Part shown: positions 58,519-64,000 of the stretch, one piece after another
Layout of the letters: each line of letters begins with the position of its first letter
Position numbering within the stretch: the first letter of the stretch is position 1
Source of the DNA: Pseudomonadota bacterium
Lineage (GTDB): Bacteria > Pseudomonadota > Alphaproteobacteria > Caulobacterales > Caulobacteraceae
DNA: 64,000 nt
Direction: 5' to 3'
NCBI GenBank assembly: GCA_018241335.1
Contig: JAFEEA010000001.1
Coordinates: forward strand, 746-64,745
The notes under the pieces: model-generated
Told to the model about the DNA's origin: nothing
Databases searched by the model: none
Seen by the model: only the letters and a program-made list of their open reading frames with translations
Made by a program: the position numbers and the translations under genes

Positions 58519-59166
58519 ATGGAACAGACCCAGCCGCATCTCGTCTATTTCGCCGACCCGATGTGCTCGTGGTGCTGGGGCTTCGTGCCGGTGATGGCCC
58601 TGATCCGCCGTCGCTTTGGCGACGCCTTGCCGATCCGCGTGGTGATGGGAGGCTTAAGGCCCGGCACCGAGAAGCCGATGACCGAGGCGGCCAAGGCCGA
58701 CACGCGCGGGCACTGGGAACACGTGCAGGAGGCCTCCGGCCAGCCCTTCGACTGGCGGTTCTTCGAGCGCGAGGGCTTCGTCTACGACACCGACCCGGCG
58801 GCGCGGGCCGTCGTGCTGGCCCGCCGCCAGGACGCGGTGCTGGCCCTGGCCCTGCTGGTGCGTATCCAGGGCGCGTTCTACGCGCAGAACCAGGACGTGA
58901 CCCAGCCGGCGGTGCTGGCCGCCCTGGCCGGCGAACTGGGCTTCGACGTGGCCGAGTTCGAGGCCCTGCTGGCTGACGAGGGGGTCAAGCGCGAAACCTG
59001 GGGCGACTATGCGGTCTCGCAGCGGGCGGGCGTGACCGGCTTCCCGACCCTGGTGGCCGGGCCGAACCCCGACGGGACCTATGGCCTGGTGACCCGCGGC
59101 TTCAATGTCGCCGAACTGGTCGTGCCGGCCGTGGAGGAGTGGTTCGAGGGCGCCCGGGCGGCCTGA
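58519..59166 (+). CDS. DsbA-family thioredoxin-fold protein (no signal peptide)
   Basis: YFADPMCSWCWGF (CxxC), MGGL, GVTGFPTL (cis-Pro loop). Confidence 0.85.
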   Translation: MEQTQPHLVYFADPMCSWCWGFVPVMALIRRRFGDALPIRVVMGGLRPGTEKPMTEAAKADTRGHWEHVQEASGQPFDWRFFEREGFVYDTDPAARAVVLARRQDAVLALALLVRIQGAFYAQNQDVTQPAVLAALAGELGFDVAEFEALLADEGVKRETWGDYAVSQRAGVTGFPTLVAGPNPDGTYGLVTRGFNVAELVVPAVEEWFEGARAA

Positions 59167-59169
59167 CGA

Positions 59170-61134
59170 TCAGAGCAGGTCGCGCGGGATATCGGCCGAC
59201 GTTTCCCGCTCGAACACGAGGGCGCCGTCGCGCCAGGCCCGAACCCATTCGGTGAGACGAAACATCGTCGGCGTGGCGGTGAGGTCGCCTCCGGCCTCCA
59301 GCGCGCAATCGAACGCGTCGCCCGCGAAGGCGGTGCGGGCGACCTGTCGCCAGTGGCTGGACGACGGGTCGCCGGGGACGAGCTCGGCCAGGCTCTCGCG
59401 CGAGCGGGTGACGGCGACGCCGGCCCCGCGGGGCCGGACGGTGTGCGGTGTCTCGGTCTCGGCCAGGACGTATCGGCCGTCGGCCGCCGGCGCGATGGGA
59501 TCGGGCCGCTCGGCGCCGGGGCCTTGTGGCAGGGCCGCGATCGGCATCGGCGCGTCGGGCGTGTCGGCGGGCTTGACCGGCAGGTCGAGGTGGCAGCCGG
59601 CGAGGTCGAGGGTCAGGGTGGCGACCTTCGGCGAGGGCCAGACCAGGGGCCAGAGACTCTCGCTGATGGCGAGGCGCAGGCGCTGACCGGCGGCGAAGCG
59701 GTGGGCGACGAAGGCCATGGGCAGCTCGACGTCCACGGCCTCGCCGGGCGTCAGGGGCTCGGGGTCCGTGTGGGACGCGCGATGGGTCAGGTTGCGCAGG
59801 GCGTAGGCCACCAGCCAGGAACGCCCGTCGGGCTCGACGGCGCACAGGCGCACGGCGACGTGGGCGAGGGGGCGGTCGGTCGCCAGGCGCAGGCGGACGA
59901 CGGGAGTTCCGAGGATTTCCAGGTCCCCGTCCAGGGGCGGTCCGTCGAACAGGACCGCGTGGGCGTCGTCAGCCGACTGCTCGGCGGGAAGGCGGTCCAG
60001 CCATTCGGGCTTGGCGAGGCCAACCACGACGTCGCCAGCGACGGTGGCGTGGCCCTCGCCCGGCGCGTCGGAGAATGCGCCCGGCGCGAGGTGGACCGTG
60101 TGGACGGGCCGCGTTTCGGGCGTCGGCGGCCAAGTGGGCTCGGCGACCCAGCTTCCGGAGGCGGGCTCGGGGGCGGCCTGGGCCGTGGTCGCATAGGGCA
60201 TGAAGGCCCGCAGCATGGGCTCGTCCATGATCCCGGTGGCCTCGCCTTTCAGCCAGTGCGACCACCAGCGGATCTCCTCGAAGGCCCAGTCGAGGCCGAC
60301 ATTGCTGGCCCAGGGATAGGTGTGGCCCCAGGGGCCGACGAGGCCCTTGCGCGGTACGGTGAGCGTCTCCAGCAGCCGGGGGGCGGCGTTGACGTAGGTG
60401 TCGGCCCAGCCGCCGACGACGTAGGTGGGGCAGGCGATGGCCTCGGGGTCGAAGGCGACGGAGCCGCGGCGCCAATAGGCGTCGAGGCGCTGGTGGGAGA
60501 GCCAGGTCGCCAGAATGGGCGGCGTCGCCTCCAGCCGCTCTCGCCAAGCCTCGGCCCAGCCCTCGCCGAAGACAGCCGGATTGGGCGGGGCGGCCATGAC
60601 GGTCTTGAAGAGCACGCCCCACTGAAGGTTGGCGCGTCCCAGCGCGCCGCCGATGTAGTGGGCGTCGTCGGTGAAGCGGTTCTCGCAGGTTCCCAGCGCC
60701 AGGATCGCCTTCAAGGCCGGCGGCCGGCGGGAGGCGACCTGCAGGGTGTTGATGCCGCCCCAGGAAAGTCCTCGCATCCCCACCGCGCCGGTGCAGAAGG
60801 GCTGGGCGGCCAGCCAGGCGATGGCGGCGACGCCGTCATCCAGTTCGGCCTCCGTGTATTCGTCGGTGAGCACCCCCTCGGACTCGCCCGAGCCCCGCAC
60901 GTCCAGGCGAGCGTAGGCGATCCCCCGCGCGGCGAGGGCCGCCCCCCAGGCGTCGTCGTGGCCCCGGTAGAGGTCATGCTTGCGATAGGGGATCATTTCC
61001 ACAACCATCGGGGTCGGGCCGTCGTCCGGCAGCCACAGGCGCGCCGAGAGGCGGACGCCGTCGGCCATGGGAACCTGGACATGGTCCCTGACAGAGAACG
61101 GACCGGGGTCGGGCAGGCGCCAGTCCAGGCTCAT
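59170..61134 (-). CDS. CocE/NonD family serine hydrolase (peptidase S15-like)
   Basis: DGVRLSARLW, PYRK, DVRGSGESEG, GLSWGG, GGWADTY, GPWGH; ATG 61134 overlaps the MFS stop. Confidence 0.9.
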   Translation of the reverse strand: MSLDWRLPDPGPFSVRDHVQVPMADGVRLSARLWLPDDGPTPMVVEMIPYRKHDLYRGHDDAWGAALAARGIAYARLDVRGSGESEGVLTDEYTEAELDDGVAAIAWLAAQPFCTGAVGMRGLSWGGINTLQVASRRPPALKAILALGTCENRFTDDAHYIGGALGRANLQWGVLFKTVMAAPPNPAVFGEGWAEAWRERLEATPPILATWLSHQRLDAYWRRGSVAFDPEAIACPTYVVGGWADTYVNAAPRLLETLTVPRKGLVGPWGHTYPWASNVGLDWAFEEIRWWSHWLKGEATGIMDEPMLRAFMPYATTAQAAPEPASGSWVAEPTWPPTPETRPVHTVHLAPGAFSDAPGEGHATVAGDVVVGLAKPEWLDRLPAEQSADDAHAVLFDGPPLDGDLEILGTPVVRLRLATDRPLAHVAVRLCAVEPDGRSWLVAYALRNLTHRASHTDPEPLTPGEAVDVELPMAFVAHRFAAGQRLRLAISESLWPLVWPSPKVATLTLDLAGCHLDLPVKPADTPDAPMPIAALPQGPGAERPDPIAPAADGRYVLAETETPHTVRPRGAGVAVTRSRESLAELVPGDPSSSHWRQVARTAFAGDAFDCALEAGGDLTATPTMFRLTEWVRAWRDGALVFERETSADIPRDLL

Positions 61135-62450
61135 AGGGTCGCCGGTTCGGCGGGCGCGGGACCGGTCCAGGGCCGGATCACGGGCAGCATCAGGTGGATC
61201 CAGGCCAGGGCCGCCGGATACCCCAGGGTGCAGGAGAGGAACATCGGGCCATAGCCGTGGCCGTGGTCCAGTGACCAGCCGGCCAGGGCCAGGATGCCCA
61301 TGCCGCCCAGCGTCCCCATGGTGCTGGCGACCCCGATCGCCGTGCCCATGACGGCGGGCGGGAAGATGTCGGCGCTCATGGCGAAGATGTTGGTGGAAAA
61401 GGCCTGGTGGCCAGCCAGGGCGACGCCGAGGATGAGGGCCGCGCTCCAGGCGCCCGGGGCGAACTGGGCGGCGGCGATGGGCGAGACGACCAGGAAGGCG
61501 ACGGCCAGCATCGCCTTTCTCGCCACCCCCAGGCGCACGCCCCGGCGCAGCAGGGCGGTGGCGGCGAGGCCTCCGGCGAAGGCGCCGCCCGCGGCCAGCA
61601 GATAGGTCAGGGCCAGAGGGCCGCCGACCCCGCCAAGGGTCAGGCCGAACCGGCGGTGGAAGAAGTCCGGCGCCCAGAACAGCAGGAACCACCAGGACTG
61701 GTCGGACAGGAACTTGGCGCCCGCCACCGCCCAGGTCCGCCGGTCGGCGAGCATGTCGAGCCAGGCGCGGCCGGAGAGGCCCGCCGAGCCGCTCGACTTG
61801 GCGGAGGGGGCGAGCGCGGCCGGCAGCGGCGCGACGCGGCCGACGGCGAGCCAGAGCAGGATCCATAGCGCCCCGGCCCCGCCAACGATGACGAAGGCCG
61901 GCCGCCAGCCAAAAGCCAGGGCCAGGGCCGGGACCACCAGCGGGGCGACGACATTGCCGATGTTGGGGGCTGTGTTCACGAAGCCCATGGCCGCCGAGCG
62001 CTCCTCCAGCGGGAACCAGGCGGCGACAGACTTGAGCGCCGCCGGCGCCTGGGTCGCCTCGGTGACGCCGAGCAGGGCGCGGGCACCGGTGAACTGAGCC
62101 AGGGTGACAGCGACGCCGTGGGCCATGGCGGCCAGGCTCCAGCTGCCCACGCCCAGGACGTAGCCGGCGCGCACCCCCATGCGGTCGATCAGCCAGCCGG
62201 CCGGGATCAGGGCGGCGGCGTTGCAGAGCTGGAAGGCCTGCAGCACGGCCGCGTAGTCGGCGTTCGACCAGCCGAGATCATGCTCGATCACGGGCTTGAG
62301 CAGGGCGATGATCTGGCGGTCGGCATAGTTCAGGGCCCCGGCCAGGAAGACCAGCCCCAGGACCAGCCATCGCAACCGCGCCGCGGCGGGATCGACGACC
62401 GGCGGCCGCGTCTCGTCCGTGGATGCCGTGTCCCGCAACCGTCCCCCCAT
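61131..62450 (-). CDS. MFS transporter (ExuT/ACS-like)
   Basis: LNYADRQ, GWLIDRMG, RALLGVTEA, WFPLEERS, WRPAF, KFLSDQSWWF. Start about 62450, uncertain. Confidence 0.88.
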   Translation of the reverse strand: MGGRLRDTASTDETRPPVVDPAAARLRWLVLGLVFLAGALNYADRQIIALLKPVIEHDLGWSNADYAAVLQAFQLCNAAALIPAGWLIDRMGVRAGYVLGVGSWSLAAMAHGVAVTLAQFTGARALLGVTEATQAPAALKSVAAWFPLEERSAAMGFVNTAPNIGNVVAPLVVPALALAFGWRPAFVIVGGAGALWILLWLAVGRVAPLPAALAPSAKSSGSAGLSGRAWLDMLADRRTWAVAGAKFLSDQSWWFLLFWAPDFFHRRFGLTLGGVGGPLALTYLLAAGGAFAGGLAATALLRRGVRLGVARKAMLAVAFLVVSPIAAAQFAPGAWSAALILGVALAGHQAFSTNIFAMSADIFPPAVMGTAIGVASTMGTLGGMGILALAGWSLDHGHGYGPMFLSCTLGYPAALAWIHLMLPVIRPWTGPAPAEPATL

Positions 62451-62556
62451 CGTTGCGCAGAGCCTAGGGGCCGTCGCCGCCGGGCGGCAAGCCTTGACCG
62501 CGGCGGCGGGGGAGCCTCCACTTCGTCCAGGCGCCGTAGCGCGCGGAGGAACGTCC

Positions 62557-64000
62557 ATGATCGTCGAGCGCCTGGCGCCCATCGTCTCGTCGCTGAAGCC
62601 CAGCAACCACCCCTATCTCAACGGCGCCTGGACGCCCCTGATGGAGGAGGTCAACGCCGAGGACCTGGACGTCATCGAGGGCGCCATCCCGACCGACCTG
62701 GACGGGGTCTATCTGCGCAACACCGAAAACCAGGTCCACCAGCCGCTGGGGCGTTTTCACCCCTTCGACGGCGACGCCATGATCCACGCCATCGACTTCG
62801 CCGGCGGCCGGGCGAAGTACCGCAACCGCTTCGTGCGCACGCGCGGCTTCGCGGCCGAGCAGGAGGCGGGCGGATCGCTGTGGGGCGGCCTGGCCGACCC
62901 GCCGGCGATGGCCCTGCGTCCGGGCTTCGGGGCCCATGGCTCGCTGAAGGACTCTTCGTCGACCGACATCGTGGTCCACGCCGGACGGGCGCTGTCGACC
63001 TTCTACCAGTGCGGCGAAGGCTACCGGCTGGACCCGCTGACCCTCGAGACCCTGGGGATCGAAGGCTGGACGCCGATCGACGGCATCTCGGCCCACGCCA
63101 AGGTGGACGAGGCCACGGGAGAGCTGATGTTCTTCAACTACTCCAAGCACCCACCGTACATGCACTATGGCGTGGTCGGAGCGGACAACCGGCTGAAGAC
63201 CTATATCCCCGTGCCGCTGCCGGGGCCGCGCCTGCCGCACGACATGGCCTTCTCCGAGCACTGGTCGATCCTCAACGACCTGCCGGTGTTCTGGGACGCC
63301 GAACTCCTGAAGCGGAACATTCACGCGGTGCGCCTGCACGAGGGCCTGCCGTCACGCTTCGCCCTGGTCCCGCGCCATGGGCGGACCGAGGACATCCGCT
63401 GGTTCGAGGCCGCGCCGACCTATGTGCTGCACTGGCTGAACGCCTATGAGGAGGACGACGAGGTGATCCTGGACGGCTACTTCCAGGAGGAGCCCATGCC
63501 CCGGCCGCGCAAGGACGCGCCGCCCGGCTTCGAGCACATGATGGCCTATCTGGATGAGTGGAGCTTCAAGTCCAAGCTCCACCGCTGGCGCTTCAACCTC
63601 AAGGACGGGACCACGCGCGAGCAGCGGCTGGACGACCGGGTGCTGGAGTTCGGCATGTTCAACCAGGCCTACGCCGGGCGGAAGTACCGCTATGCCTACT
63701 CCACGACCACCAAGCCGGGCTGGTTCCTGTTCAACGGCTTCGTCAAGCACGACCTGGAGACGGGCCAGAGCTGGAGCCTGATGCTGGACGAGGGGCGGTA
63801 CGCCAGCGAGGCGCCGTTCGCGCCACGCCAGGGGGCGGTGGACGAGGACGATGGCTACCTGGTCAGTTTCATCACCGACGAGAACGCCGGCCGGTCGGAA
63901 TGCCTAGTCATCGACGCCAAGCGGATCGAGGATGGCCCCGTCTGCCGCATCGCCCTGCCGCACAAGATCTGCAGCGGCACCCATTCCTGCTGGGCGCCGC
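62557..64000 (+). CDS. Carotenoid oxygenase (RPE65/CCO) family dioxygenase, 3' end outside window
   Basis: Absent from the ORF track (no stop). HPFDGDAM, YRNRFVRT, four Fe-ligand His in SAH, PHD, LHW, THS, plus EDDGYLV; GGAGG RBS. Confidence 0.92.
   Translation, partial: MIVERLAPIVSSLKPSNHPYLNGAWTPLMEEVNAEDLDVIEGAIPTDLDGVYLRNTENQVHQPLGRFHPFDGDAMIHAIDFAGGRAKYRNRFVRTRGFAAEQEAGGSLWGGLADPPAMALRPGFGAHGSLKDSSSTDIVVHAGRALSTFYQCGEGYRLDPLTLETLGIEGWTPIDGISAHAKVDEATGELMFFNYSKHPPYMHYGVVGADNRLKTYIPVPLPGPRLPHDMAFSEHWSILNDLPVFWDAELLKRNIHAVRLHEGLPSRFALVPRHGRTEDIRWFEAAPTYVLHWLNAYEEDDEVILDGYFQEEPMPRPRKDAPPGFEHMMAYLDEWSFKSKLHRWRFNLKDGTTREQRLDDRVLEFGMFNQAYAGRKYRYAYSTTTKPGWFLFNGFVKHDLETGQSWSLMLDEGRYASEAPFAPRQGAVDEDDGYLVSFITDENAGRSECLVIDAKRIEDGPVCRIALPHKICSGTHSCWAP

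Noticed and set aside
61135-61866. Apparent 898-aa CocE protein
   Set aside because: The extension is an alternative frame of the MFS gene; the real start is ATG 61134.
62557-64000. Calling the dioxygenase a lignostilbene dioxygenase
   Set aside because: Substrate cannot be inferred from the conserved His ligands alone.

Overview
GC-rich (~70%) alphaproteobacterial chromosome segment, most likely Caulobacteraceae (Phenylobacterium/Caulobacter-like), judged from gene order, GAAC-N7-GAAC LexA boxes, CtrA-like sites and GANTC sites. The core backbone is yebC-ruvCAB-(orphan membrane ORF)-ybgC-tolQRAB-pal-cpoB-tilS-ftsH-folP-thiD, then serC-serA and the SOS mutagenesis cassette imuA-imuB-dnaE2. 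Accessory metabolic and regulatory genes are interleaved: two hybrid histidine kinases, a MocR regulator with GNAT/PhzF genes, a PhyH-GT2/TPR-SDR-CoA transferase run, a single-chain carboxylase, FadN-type enzyme, epoxide hydrolase, ALDH, SDR, acyl-CoA synthetase, GST, DsbA-like protein, CocE hydrolase, MFS transporter and a carotenoid oxygenase cut by the window edge. I saw no rRNA, tRNA, CRISPR array, transposase or phage gene. Best leads: (1) a four-gene module at 53.6-57.6 kb with an exported CotH-like kinase, an exported PPP-like phosphatase, a YjiK/SdiA-regulated-type propeller and a DUF4956-like membrane protein; (2) perfect LexA boxes upstream of two exported proteins flanking imuAB-dnaE2 (a Cys-paired triple-repeat miniprotein and a CsgG-SH3 fusion); (3) several families of palindromic repeat elements, with copies translated in frame inside DnaE2, RuvC and probably FolP. 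All assignments come from motif recognition by eye; no searches were run.
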